A stretch of DNA of 64,000 bases from Neoconidiobolus thromboides FSU 785 (taxonomy: Eukaryota > Fungi > Entomophthoromycota), in the NCBI GenBank assembly GCA_025603075.1, contig MU626291.1, positions 62,001 through 126,000 of the forward strand, given 5' to 3'. A model generated the notes under the pieces. It was not told the origin of the DNA and made no database searches. It saw only the letters and a list, made by a program, of their open reading frames with translations. Positions 1-11,639 of this stretch are shown here, one piece after another. Made by a program: the position numbers and the translations under genes. The stretch's first letter is position 1. The number at the start of each line of letters is the position of its first letter.

Positions 1-436
1 CGGATTTCTTTACTAACAATAAAAATCTCAATAGAGTTTAAATTTTCAATGATAACAATATCGTAGTATCTTAATTTCTAGAGAATTTACTAGTCCTTTG
101 ATTAAATATAAGTAATAATCCAACAATAAGGCCAAAAAGACAAGGAACTAAAAAATAACATGAGTCAAATTGTAGTTACTTTGATAAGATGCTATAATTT
201 TTTATAACTCCAATGATTTTTTTCAAAAGAAACAGCAGATTTGTGAAGATATGCATTTTCTAAAATGATGTGAGAGGCTTCAATAGCCTTGGTATAAAAG
301 CTATATTTATATTACATTAATGCTATATAATATAGTTTAGCTTACTTTCAGATTTCAAAATAAGACTGTGATTTCTGTAGTGCCTCAAAATATCAATTGG
401 TTAGATTTCTAATGAGTCATTTATTAATTAGGATAT

Positions 437-533
437 AGGCTGTATTTTTCTGTTTAAGAATTTTACTAATAACTTTTTCACCCAAATAGTGCTTAAAGGA
501 TGGAAAAACCGATGAAACCAAAAAAACATTACC
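437..533 (-). mobile_element. ~98-bp MITE copy (degenerate TIRs)
   Basis: Reverse complement matches the family core (TAAGCACTATTTGGGTGAAAAAGTTATTAGTAAAATTCTTAAAC); ATAT on both sides (433-436, 534-537). Confidence 0.85.
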
Positions 534-1592
534 ATATAATTTAGTTTGATTTTTTATATTTCACAAGTTTTTTATTCCACTTTTTTCAGGACAAATTCGC
601 TTGAGCATATGGGGTTGTCCAAATTGGTTTCAGAATTTATTTGGAAGTTAATTCAAATTTTAAATTTGTGTCTAATGTGATGGTTAAATCTAAAAAGCCC
701 AAATTAAATCTCTCTATTTAAAACTTACTTTAATTGTTTCCTTTTCTTAAATAGCTAATTTTCCTAATTATATGTTTTATGTTATTTCTATTAGATATTT
801 AATAGATATATAATATATAACTATATGTTTATACAGTTATATAAGTACAGTTATTTGGTTTTATTTTTTGTTGAAATAAAAATAAAATGCGAATTTTCAT
901 AACTTCGAAATGGAATTTTTGAAAATCTCAATACAATAGGGAGGAATACACAATATAAACATTGTAATTCATTTACACCAATTTTAAGAGCTACTTGTAA
1001 CAATCCAAGGTTTATGAAGTTTTATAATAAAATAAAACAAAGAAAAGATATATTATCAAAGTTTACTATTGATAATAATAAACTTAACCAAGTAATGTAT
1101 AAAATTAGTGCTTTGAGGGAAACAGGAAATAAAAATCAATAAGTAGTGTTATTATTAACTATAACTTCAGTATATTCTTTTGATGAATGTAAAAGTTTTG
1201 GGCTTAATATAAATAGAAATCAATATGATTATTCAAAAATAAGTAATAATAGTAATAAAATATTAACGGTAAAACCTATCTATTATTAAAAATACAAAAA
1301 AAATTAAAGATGACCAAATTGAGACTATTATACAATATTTACTAAATGATCCAACTATTTTATCAAGATTTAATAAAAAAAATAATGACAGTAAATATTC
1401 ATCAGATAATATATATTAAATAAAAGTAGAAGAATAATATATAGTAAATATTTTAATGATTTAAAAGATAAAGCAGTAGCTAGGTCAACGTTTTTTAAAT
1501 ATGTACCAAGTAATTTCAAAAATCCAGCAAGAAAAATAGGTCCATGTAATATGTGCCCAGTATACAGTTAGAAAAAAGTTATTTGAAAATAT

Positions 1593-1690
1593 GGGAATGA
1601 TTTTTTTGATCTCATTACTTTTTCCATTTTTAGGCGCTATTTAAGTGGAAAAATTGTTAGTAAAACTCTTAAATATAAAAATACATCACC
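1593..1690 (+). mobile_element. 98-bp MITE copy nested in transposase
   Basis: GGGAATGA...ACATCACC flanked by ATAT (1589-1592, 1691-1694). Confidence 0.9.
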
Positions 1691-2028
1691 ATATAATAAA
1701 TACAACAATAAAAAACAAAGCAGAGATAGAAGAAATTTTTAATGAAGAAGAAAGATTATACAAATTACACAAATCCTGTGTTGATGCTCAAAAAAACACA
1801 TTTAATGAAACTATTAAAAAATTAAATAATAAAGGTTGTATAATAATGTTAGATTTTAAACAAAATATGGAAATAGGAACAAGACCAGATTCAATAAATC
1901 TAGATCATTATAATAAACAAGCTATATCAGTATTAGGTTTTGGTGTTTTATATTTAGAAGATGATAAAACAATAGGCAAAGTTTACTTTGATTATTTGTC
2001 TGAAATATTGAATCATGGTTCAGCATAT

Positions 2029-2126
2029 GGGGATGTTTTTTTTGATTTCATTACTTTTCCGTTTTTTAAGCACTACTTGAGTGGAAAGATTGTTAGTAAA
2101 ATTGTTAAACAAAAAAATACATCCCC
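2029..2126 (+). mobile_element. 98-bp MITE copy nested in-frame in transposase
   Basis: GGGGATGTTTTT...AAAAATACATCCCC flanked by ATAT (2025-2028, 2127-2130). Confidence 0.95.
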
Positions 2127-2249
2127 ATATGTAGGAGATTGTTTAATCTATTTAGTCTCTACAGAGCTTTTATTTAAGAAGTTTACAAAAATTAATATAT
2201 GGGCAGATACAGGAAATCATTTCAGATCTCAAGAGTTCCTACATTATAT

Positions 2250-2348
2250 GGGGATGTCTTTTTGTATTTAAGAATTTTACTAACAAATTTTCCGCTTAAA
2301 TAGTGGTTAAAAAATGGAAGAAATAATGAAGTCAAAAAAAATACTCCC
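2250..2348 (-). mobile_element. 99-bp MITE copy nested in transposase
   Basis: Reverse-orientation family core, flanked by ATAT (2246-2249, 2349-2352). Confidence 0.95.
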
Positions 2349-3739
2349 ATATGTTTAAAGAAATTCATAAAATAAATAGTAGTTTGAATGTTAATCTTAA
2401 TTTTTTTGCTGAGCATCATGGAAAAAATATAGTTGATGGACATTTTGGAAACCTTTCAAAATGGGAAAGTAGTTTTAAAGCATTATGTAAAATAGAAGAT
2501 ATCAATCAGTTAATTTCAAGATTTGAGGCTTTTATTTGCGAGTATAATAAAATTAATAACTCGACTGTTAATAATGGGAAAACAGATATAATTTTTAAAA
2601 AGTATAAAAGAAGCAAAAATACAAAAAGAATAATAGAGATGTAGGGCATTAAGAAGTATTTACACTTTATTAAGCATAACAATAAACTACATTGTTATCC
2701 AGTATCCGATATATCAAAAAAAAGCGATATAGTCCCAATTAAAGTTATAGAGTCTATAGAAAATAGAAAAATTAAAAGATCAATCCCAGCTTATCTTACG
2801 AAAATAACAGAGAATTTAGAAATTTCGATATTTACTAAGCAAGTAAGTAGTTTGTTGAATGATAGAAATAGATTATTAAATGTTAAGATTACTTAAGTTA
2901 TTAATAGCTGAGTCAATAAATGGTCAAAGAACAAGTAATTGTAATAATATGTAAAAACTATTATTACTTGTACTATATAGGGATGGTTAATTATAGTTTT
3001 GGGGCTGACCACTCCCTCCCATGCAGCTATTTATTAACTTGGCAATATATTAATAATATAATTATAACATTAAAATAGTTTATTTATTTGATAACAAATC
3101 TGCAATGTTGGTTATAAAGCAGTCGATAATAAATATTCCTCAATAAAGTTTTATAAGAATATGTATTTAAGATCTAGTAAGAATTTAACTAACTTACAGT
3201 ATAAACTATAATAGAATGATTTAGAACTGTTTCCGGGTACTTTTGTTTTGATAAAAGATTTGATTTTATATAATTTTAAGCGAAGTATTTAAAATACAAA
3301 ATTTTAAAAATTGGATAAAATAATGAAACTAATCCAGACAACCTCATATAATGGTTAGTATTGCTAAGCATAAATTTGATTTTAATGTATATTTGTTACA
3401 AGAATATACATATTTGAATATCAAATTATTACATAGTTAAAAGATTTTTGTAAGAAATTTCTGTAACTTTCAATTTCAAGTATTTTGTAAATGATGATAA
3501 AGTATAAATGTTATTTTAAGGTCTCTATTTAATATTTAATATTAAATATTTAATGTTTAATATTTAAAACAATAAAAAATTTGAAAGTCAAGTAATTGAT
3601 TTTCTTAGGTTACATTGAAATATGTTTTGATTTTGTGACTTAGTTAAAAAGACTGATCTGGAACTATAAACACCTTTCAATTTAAAACTAAGTAATTTAT
3701 AATAGGGATATCCTACCTAAAACTTTAAAAACACTATAT

Positions 3740-3846
3740 GGGGATGTTTTTTTTGGCTTTGTTACTTTTTCTATCTTTTAAGCACTATTTGAGTAGAGGA
3801 ATTGTTAGTAAAATTCTTAAATACAAAGATACAAAAATACATCCCC
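3740..3846 (+). mobile_element. MITE copy with small internal duplication (107 bp)
   Basis: GGGGATGT...ACATCCCC, ATAT TSD, duplicated TACAAA(G/A)A near the right end. Confidence 0.95.
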
Positions 3847-4183
3847 ATATCATTACAGTTAAATTCTTAGTTTAAGATTAAATAAAGCTATAAACTAAAT
3901 ATGTGCGTTTTATTTATCAATCTAAAAACATTATGTGTTTAACAAGTTATTTCAATATAACAATTTTCAATAAATATAAAGATCCCAATTTAGTTACTGA
4001 CAGGTTTTATTTTTATATAGTTATGCGTTAACAAATACAGACTTTAAATTAAAATTAGGAATATTACAATTAGCTTAATTATTAAAAACGAAAAACAGCT
4101 AACTTTAAATGTTTATTATTATCAAAACATAAACTTATCTAAAGTTTTAATATTTGCCTTCATTTCATTACTGGATTATCAAA

Positions 4184-4909
4184 CTATTCGGGCCTGTTAG
4201 ACTTACTAATCAAATCTTGGTTAGCGACATCAATAGCGTGAGTAAGTTCTAATAATTTGTCCCAGTCAATCACAACTTCAGGTAACTCATCAACTTTTCC
4301 ATCATGATCTTTGTCATCAATTAAAAAGGCTTGGCAAGCTAATTCGTAACCTCTTTGAATCTCTTCAAGCACCTTTCCTTCAAACACAATAGCAGTTGGA
4401 TCATTTTTAGCAGTATCATTTTGCTTTTCTGGATGGATTAAATGAGTAATAGAATACAAATATTCTCTAGCTTGGAAAAGTTTTGGACCGTTAAGTTTAA
4501 TAGGACTAGACTTTTGAGGATTCTCTGGTTCTAATACTTCAAAGACAATTTTTAAACCTTTGATACCTTCTTCAAGCTGTTGTGGAGTAAGATAAATGGC
4601 ACTTGGATCTGTACTTTTATAACTTTCAGGCTTATTAGACCCTTTAGTAATATCAAACATACCGGGCCATTTATCGCATTGTTTACCTGACTTATATTCA
4701 TAGCAATCATATTTACCACCATTTTCAATCCAGCATGGTGGGACTTTAGCATCAGTTTTATTAACCCAGCCATAATTCAAGTTATTGGCTCTGAGGCATT
4801 TATTAACATCCAGTTTTGAAGCTTCTCTGCGGCCTAAAGGCTGAGCTGAAATAGACTCAATTAAAGTCAAAGCAATGACGAAAGAAGTATAAGTAAAGGT
4901 AGATTTCAT
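4184..4909 (-). CDS. Secreted protein of unknown function, Cys-containing N-terminal module
   Basis: 241-aa intronless ORF; signal-peptide-like N-terminus (MKSTFTYTSFVIALTLIESISA), possible RR processing site, four clustered Cys, DKDHDG motif near the C-terminus. Confidence 0.8.
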   Translation of the reverse strand: MKSTFTYTSFVIALTLIESISAQPLGRREASKLDVNKCLRANNLNYGWVNKTDAKVPPCWIENGGKYDCYEYKSGKQCDKWPGMFDITKGSNKPESYKSTDPSAIYLTPQQLEEGIKGLKIVFEVLEPENPQKSSPIKLNGPKLFQAREYLYSITHLIHPEKQNDTAKNDPTAIVFEGKVLEEIQRGYELACQAFLIDDKDHDGKVDELPEVVIDWDKLLELTHAIDVANQDLISKSNRPE

Positions 4910-5633
4910 TGTAATTATGTATTTAACTATCGAAGTTTTAGTTATTGTTTTATAATTTGTTTGATTTAGTTATCTTGCTTTTTATACTTTTTGTTTCCTC
5001 GTCTTACTTTAATTGCAACCATCGCTGTTGTTATATGGTAAGCATCGGTTATATCAAAAATTAATTACACATTTTTTAAATGACACCAAATAGCAGCTTT
5101 TTGTTCTTCAAATACTATTTGGTTCCATTAAATATATCTCACTGCTAAAAGCTTCTAAATTTGCAAATATTTGATTTGCCAGGCTCTAACACTATAGACA
5201 TGAACAAAAGAACATAATTAGAGGAACATAATTGCTTTTTGTTTAAATGATCTTAAGTATATCAAAATGAAAAGTTCTTGTATTGTATACCTTATATCTT
5301 TGTTTAGGATTTTGCTTAAGTATCCATGGTATCGTATTATTTTTGTCAAAATATTTGAAATACTTTTCTAAAACATCAAAAAGCTAAATTATAAAGCAAT
5401 TTTGTTAAATACTACTATACTAAATTAGCAAAGTTTTGGCTGTTATACTTTAATATTAATTTGAAATAACAATGATTATTGTTCTAGGGCTAGATTAACT
5501 AATTATAGAAACAATGAAGAAACTTTTGTTTTATGGCTTGTCCGCCTTTTTATTGACTACATTTAATGTTATTCGTTCTCAACCCTCTTAGGAGCTTATT
5601 ACTCCCTTCAAGGATTTATAAAAAATAGTACAT

Positions 5634-5730
5634 GGGTGTTTTTTTTGATTTCATTACTTTCTCCATTTTTTAAGCGCTACTTGAGTGGAAAGGTTGTTAA
5701 TGAAGTTCTTAAACAAAAAAATACATCTCT
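5634..5730 (+). mobile_element. MITE copy
   Basis: GGGTGTTTTT...ATACATCTCT with family core; flanks ACAT/ATAT. Confidence 0.85.
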
Positions 5731-6520
5731 ATATCTTTTAGCCCCAATTAAAAAATAAAATTATGAACTCAGAGAAGATATCTAAGTATCCTTGAGTAAG
5801 AAAATTTTCATATATGCAGATAAACCAACAGCCATTTGTCATCAATTTTTATGTACCTGTGTTTTAAAAATAAAATTTAACATCATTTATCTATAAAAAC
5901 ATAGTTTATTATGTTTATCTTTGATAAATGAATCAGTATGAATTTTAAAATATCAAATCTACAAAAACTCATTAACAACTAACTCACAATTAATCCCTTT
6001 CACATTCTATCGTCATAGTGTTAATAAATTAACTTACTCTACAGTATCGTTTTAGTGTTGATAAACAGAAAAGTATTTTTAGTGCTTTGACCACTTTTTT
6101 AATCCACTCAAAGTTTAATAAGGATCTTTAGCTAAATTCTTAAAATAATTCTCATGTTTTCTATTTACGATAAAGCTTCATAATTAAACTATTACATAAT
6201 GGGTTTTATAATACACTTTGTATGAAATCTCCGTTTCCGTGCATCATCCTTATTCAAATAAAAAATGAAAACTATATTTTAGTATTTCAAAATCTATCTT
6301 TATATTTACACCATAGTTATTTTAACTAAATAGTATAAAATAATAGAAAGGCTAGCATAAATTTTTAATGACGTTTCAAAGTGGAAATTAAAAAGCTGGG
6401 GGAAAAAGGGTAGTAGCCAATGAGTCAAAACTTATAACATATTAAAATGGAGATTAAAGTATAAAAGATTAAACAGATCAAACTAAAAAGTATTATTTCT
6501 TTAGAATAAACATTTAAAAA

Positions 6521-7657
6521 ATGATCAATTTGCGCCGAAATAATATATATGTAATAATATTGATCATAGTAATGACCATAAGCGTGTATTTGATCTTTAA
6601 TACAAGTAATAAAAAGGCAGGAAAAGAGATCCTGAGTCAATTGAATATCGAACCGGAAGTAGCCAACTATAAACAGGTAGAAGGGCTAAAGCAGATAATT
6701 CATTTTAATAACACAGAGAGAGAAAACGCGTGCTTTTTAATTTTGATCCGTAACAAAGAATTGAAAGATTTTAAACGTAGTATGAAACAATTGGAGGATA
6801 GGTTCAATAAACATTATAACTATCCATATGTGTTTTTAAACGATGTTCCATTCACATCGGACTTCAAAGAGCAAGTTCAAGCGTTAACGAGTGCTGAAGT
6901 AGAGTTTGGTTTAATTCCAAAAGAACATTGGGGTATCCCTTCTTTTATCAATGAAACAAAAGCAAAGCAGAGCTGGGAACAGATGGCTTCAGATGGCGTA
7001 TTATATGGAGGTTCTGAATCTTATCGTCACATGTGTCGCTTTGAATCTGGCTTCTTTTATCGCCATGAATTAGTACAAAAATACGATTATTATTGGCGAG
7101 TAGAACCAGAAGTTCAATTTTCTTGTGATTTACAATTTGATCCATTTCGCTATATGAGGGAGAATAATAAGCTATATGGGTTCACCATTGCACTTTATGA
7201 GTTTGAACAGACAATACCTACCTTATGGAAAACAGTGAATGAATGGATTAAGAAGTTTAATATTAAGCTACCTGAAGATAATGCCATATCGTTTATTTCG
7301 GATGATAAAGGAGAAACCTATAATCTGTGCCATTTCTGGACTAACTTTGAAATTGCTTCGTTTGATTTATGGAGAGACAAACAATATTTGGATTACTTCA
7401 CTTATTTGGATCAATCTGGCGGCTTCTTTTATGAGCGTTGGGGAGACGCACCCGTTCATTCTATTTATGCAGCGCTTACGTTGCCAAAAGATAAAATTCA
7501 TTTTTTCAATGAGATTGGATACTTTCATTCCCCTTTCACACATTGTCCAATCCAAAGTGAGTTAAATAAGTTTTGTCATTGTGATGTGAATGATAACTTT
7601 GATAACGAGGATTATTCATGCACTAAAAAATGGATAGAAATTAGTCAAGCTAATTAA
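6521..7657 (+). CDS. Alpha-1,2-mannosyltransferase, GT15 (KRE2/KTR family)
   Basis: N-terminal TM anchor; motifs YRHMCRFESGFF, YYWRVEP, YNLCHFWTNFEI, GGFFYERWGDAPVHS. Confidence 0.95.
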   Translation: MINLRRNNIYVIILIIVMTISVYLIFNTSNKKAGKEILSQLNIEPEVANYKQVEGLKQIIHFNNTERENACFLILIRNKELKDFKRSMKQLEDRFNKHYNYPYVFLNDVPFTSDFKEQVQALTSAEVEFGLIPKEHWGIPSFINETKAKQSWEQMASDGVLYGGSESYRHMCRFESGFFYRHELVQKYDYYWRVEPEVQFSCDLQFDPFRYMRENNKLYGFTIALYEFEQTIPTLWKTVNEWIKKFNIKLPEDNAISFISDDKGETYNLCHFWTNFEIASFDLWRDKQYLDYFTYLDQSGGFFYERWGDAPVHSIYAALTLPKDKIHFFNEIGYFHSPFTHCPIQSELNKFCHCDVNDNFDNEDYSCTKKWIEISQAN

Positions 7658-7915
7658 ATTTCACTACATTAGATCTTAGTTAAAATTATTTATATTTGTT
7701 AAATAAATATTATTATAACATTACTCTAGATATTTTTTGTTGATATTGATATTGATATTATATTAAGAAAGCTACTCAAGCATCTCCCAAAAATTCAGAT
7801 TTTGAAGTACAATTCAAATATTAAATAATGGTCAATTTATAAATCAAAAAAATAGGTAAGATAACACAAAAATATGAATTTATCAGGATATTATAGCATT
7901 TTTAGACAACTATAT

Positions 7916-8012
7916 GGGGATGTTTTTTTGATTTCATTATTTTCTATTTTTTGAGCGCTATTTGAGTAGATAGATTGTTAGTAAAATTCTTAAACACAAA
8001 AATACAGCCCCC
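7916..8012 (+). mobile_element. MITE copy
   Basis: GGGGATGT...ACAGCCCCC with ATAT TSD; between the convergent GT15 and DBP8 genes. Confidence 0.92.
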
Positions 8013-8464
8013 ATATAGTTTTTTGTATATTTAAAATTTTAAAAAAATTATTATTTAATAAACCAAATTAATGAATAAACAAAATATTTGAAAATTAAGA
8101 ACTTAAATAATATTATTTTAAAAGACTTCTCTCAGAAATTGTAATTAATTTTTGATAAAAACGTTATTGATTTAAATCAATTAACTTGAAAACATAAATG
8201 CTAATTTGAACAACTAATTCAACCAAATTTGCACATTTATTATCAAAAAGATCAATTACAATTTCTAAGTCTTTCAAAATAATAATATTTAAGTTTTTAA
8301 TTTCAAAGATTTAATTTAACTTGAAAATATTTGCCCATTAAAGTCAACAATTATCTCAAATCCTTAAAAAATTAAAGCCCAAAGAAATATTTCGAGATTA
8401 GCAACTCAATAATTAAATAATTAGAAAAATGCTTAATGAATCAAACAATTTAAATATTAAAAAT

Positions 8465-10126
8465 CTATTTTTTATTTCTATTAGGCAATGGATTATCATT
8501 CAAATACATAGCAGCAAATCGTTTGGCCTCAGCCACCTTGTTAAGTTGCTCAATAACAGCATCTTCTTCCACCGGATATTCGTTCATTTTAATGCCAATC
8601 TCTCCTTCAATGGCTTGTACAATCTTAATATCTCTTTCAGTAACCAGAGATAAAGCTAGACCACCTCTACCAGCACGAGCAGTACGTCCTACACGATGAA
8701 TGTAATCCACTGGGTCTCTAGGTAAATCTAAGTTGATCACCAGTTGTACCTTGGGGATATCCAAACCTCTACTGGCCACATCGGTACATACTAAGATCTT
8801 GGTATGATTTGCCTTAAATCTAGCCAGAGAATTCATACGATCCATCTGCTTCATAGCAGAATGTAAGGCGGTGCAAGGAATTTCTAATTTATTCAATAAG
8901 ATTTTAATAAGCTCACAGGTGTGACATTTATTGACAAAAATAATCATTGACTTCTCAATCTCTAAATTGATCAACTGGTATAAATAAGCCTCCTTAACAT
9001 ATCCTGGTAGAAAAATATATTTCTGTTCCAATTGTTCAACTGTACTTTGGTCGCTCTTAATCAAATAGACGAATTTTTCTTTATTGTTTTTGTTAATCAA
9101 GTTCATCACTTGTTCTGTCATGGTGGCCGTAAACAATAACGTTTGCCTCTTTTTTGGTAAAGTATCAAAAATTACTTTTAAATCTCTACCAAACGTTGGT
9201 TGGAGCAAACGATCCGCTTCATCTAACACAAGGGTATTCAACTTACTCAAATTCAACACATCAAAGCTAGAATTGATGATATCCGCCAACCTTCCAGGAG
9301 TGGCAATAACAATGTGTGGTCTTCTCTTTAATTCCAATGTTTGTTGAAGCATATCCATACCTCCTACAATTACACTATACTTCAAATTAATCCCTTCACC
9401 AAACCCTGCTAGCTGTTCTGCTATTTGTAATGCCAACTCTCTTGTTGGCGTCAATACTAAACCAAAAATCCCATATGGCTCTAAAGCTAGTTTGTGTAAC
9501 ATTGGTAATCCAAAAGCGGCTGTTTTTCCGGAGCCTGTTTTGGCACTGCCGATGACATCTTTACCTAATAGAATTAATAAAAATTCAAATCAATTTGATA
9601 AAAAGACTTTACCTTTTAATATTTCAGGAATACAATTCACTTGAATTTCAGTTGGTTCTTGAATGCCCAATTTTTTGATACTTTCAATCAACCATGAGCT
9701 AAGCCCTAAATCTTTGAAACTTTTGCTTTTTTTAATGTGCTGTTTTTTAACTTCTATCTCCCAATCTTGGGTTGTTTCTTTAGACTTATCATTCAATGAT
9801 TTTTCTACCCCTTCATCCCTTGAACTTTCTGTTCGTGCTCCTGAATCATCCGAGCCTTGTTCTAAGTTCTGTTCAATTTCTTCTTCTTCCGAACTTTCTA
9901 TTTTTTCATCCTCTGAATCCTCATCTATTTCTGAGTATTTTTCATCTTTTTCCTCACTTGAATCTTCTTCCTCTATTTGTATTACATCCTTTTTATCTGC
10001 TTTTTTAATGTCAATTTGCTCTACCTTGTTATCGTCATTATTTGCTGATACCAGTTTAGCTTTCTTATTTCGATTAAATTGATTTAAAGCCTTATTATTA
10101 TTCACTTTCTTTTTATTTAAAGCCAT
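8465..10126 (-). CDS. DBP8: DEAD-box RNA helicase DBP8/DDX49 (2 exons; intron 9565-9612)
   Basis: Q motif (FKDLGL...PTEIQ), AKTGSGKT restored across the intron, PTRELALQ, DEAD, HRVGRTARAGRGG. Confidence 0.9.
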
Positions 10127-10238
10127 GATAAATTATAAAAAATAAAAAGATAAAAAAATAAACCTCCAAAAAATCCATTTTTATTCGTTGTTAATTTCTA
10201 TTATAAAGCTTTGGTTTAAAAGAATTAATTTATAATTT

Positions 10239-11639
10239 TTATTTACTAATTTTTAGCGGATGAGCTTCCGTATTAAACACCCATTGATCCAAATCGACGA
10301 CTTCCCTTTCTTCAAATATAAGATAAAAATATTTCATAGTCTCAGCCAAAAAGAATGACTCCATAATATCTAACTGATTTTTACTTTTATCTACATCCAT
10401 AACATCCTGATAGACTGTAAACCCAGTTTCGGATTTGGAATATGTTAAAAAGCTTTGAAAGATACTCCAAGCCCAATCTTGATACTTTTTATCCCCAGTC
10501 ATCTTATAAGCATAAAATAATGATTCAATTAGCTCAGGGCGTAATGAGTTGTTTGGTACTCTCACAGATAAATCCCTGCTACTTGAAAAGCTTACCACTT
10601 CAGGCCCAAGCCCAGTGGTAGTGATTTGATACGCATGATAGCAAGATTCTAACAGTTCTAAACCCAATGCCTGATAATCACTTGATCCAGTGACTCTACT
10701 TGCTAAGGACAGCAATCCAGGTAGAAAGAAAGTAAGGTGATCCATATCCTGCTGAAAGTTTCCGTTATTATCGATCCTTCCTAAGTAAAGATAATCCATA
10801 TTGCCTCTTCTTAATAGCGATTTAAGTCCAACTATACTCTGTTGAAACATAGTTAAGTATTTATTATCACTCTGTGTGTTCCCTAACAGAATGTGTAACT
10901 TTAATAAATACTCATAATACGAGTCTCCAAGCGCACCAAATGAAATCTCCTTACTATCAAATTGTCCAGTGACGACATTCAGATATAAGGGATACAATCC
11001 AGTACTAGGCTTCTTCAACAAATCCAACAAATCATACACTTTAAGTGCAGCATTTTTATATTTTGGATCTCCAGTAATCACACTTAATCGAGTAAACTCT
11101 AATTGTACAGAGCCAATTTCTGCTAAAATCACTCGATTTTTATTATAATCAGGCTGTTTGCTACTAAAATCAATTCTATAAAATGGCAATCCTGATGGTG
11201 AATTAAATGCTGGTAATAAAGCATCTGCAAGTTGCACAGCTTTTTCTAATAGAACTTTATGTCCTGACAAATCATAGCTTGATACTAATCCCCCAAGATA
11301 ACGTATTACTGTCTCAAAAAATAACACCTGTCCATTCGATTTACTAAAGTTGACTTTACCTATCCTTTCTACACATTGGTCAAATTCATCATGGTACCCC
11401 ATGAGATATAATGTAGTCATACTGTCCACCATTGTTAAACCCCAGCCTTGGAAGCGATCATTGACGGTGGCGTTGGTCAAAGGGCGTAATTCATCATTAC
11501 CAAAAGCGTATCGCTTGTAGCCGCTCCAGGCGTGCATAAAGCCATTACGAATTTCATTAAGTTGTTCAGGGGTGGTTAGAACTGGATTGGATATAAATAA
11601 AATTGAAAATAAAACGTTAGTGATAGTGGTTAGTAACAT
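10239..11639 (-). CDS. Class I alpha-1,2-mannosidase, GH47
   Basis: Signal peptide; HAWSGYKRYAFGNDEL, FFETVIRYLGGL, GALGDSYYEYLLK, LRPELIES, MESFFLAETMKYFYL, VFNTEAHP. Confidence 0.95.
   Translation of the reverse strand: MLLTTITNVLFSILFISNPVLTTPEQLNEIRNGFMHAWSGYKRYAFGNDELRPLTNATVNDRFQGWGLTMVDSMTTLYLMGYHDEFDQCVERIGKVNFSKSNGQVLFFETVIRYLGGLVSSYDLSGHKVLLEKAVQLADALLPAFNSPSGLPFYRIDFSSKQPDYNKNRVILAEIGSVQLEFTRLSVITGDPKYKNAALKVYDLLDLLKKPSTGLYPLYLNVVTGQFDSKEISFGALGDSYYEYLLKLHILLGNTQSDNKYLTMFQQSIVGLKSLLRRGNMDYLYLGRIDNNGNFQQDMDHLTFFLPGLLSLASRVTGSSDYQALGLELLESCYHAYQITTTGLGPEVVSFSSSRDLSVRVPNNSLRPELIESLFYAYKMTGDKKYQDWAWSIFQSFLTYSKSETGFTVYQDVMDVDKSKNQLDIMESFFLAETMKYFYLIFEEREVVDLDQWVFNTEAHPLKISK

Larger units (their letters stand above)
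890..2896 (+). pseudogene. DDD transposase pseudogene (Sola-like), interrupted by three MITEs plus stops/frameshifts
   Basis: After MITE removal reads ...RSTFFKYVPSNFKNPARKIGPCNMCP...IMLDFKQN...IWADTGNHFRSQEFLHYMFKE...FFAEHHGKNIVDGHFG...M*GIKKYLHF; internal stops near 1140 and 2642, frameshifts around 1280-1430. Confidence 0.85.
611..3345 (+). mobile_element. Full-length Sola-like (probably Sola2) cut-and-paste DNA transposon, now defective
   Basis: Left end GGGGTTGTCCAAATTGGTTTCA and reverse complement of right end GAGGTTGTCTGGATTAGTTTCA match at 17/22 positions; ATAT duplicated at 607-610 and 3346-3349; internal transposase remnant. The superfamily call rests on recalled motifs (GRG..CYC ends, 4-bp TSD, HGK..DG motif). 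Confidence 0.75.

Noticed and set aside
2029-2348. MITEs acting as self-removing spliceosomal introns (introner-like)
   Set aside because: The element ends lack GT...AG at positions that would restore the original sequence in either orientation.
3001-3020. GGGGCTGACC as the right end of the transposon
   Set aside because: It is a direct, not inverted, match to the left end and has no TSD; the better terminus is at 3345.
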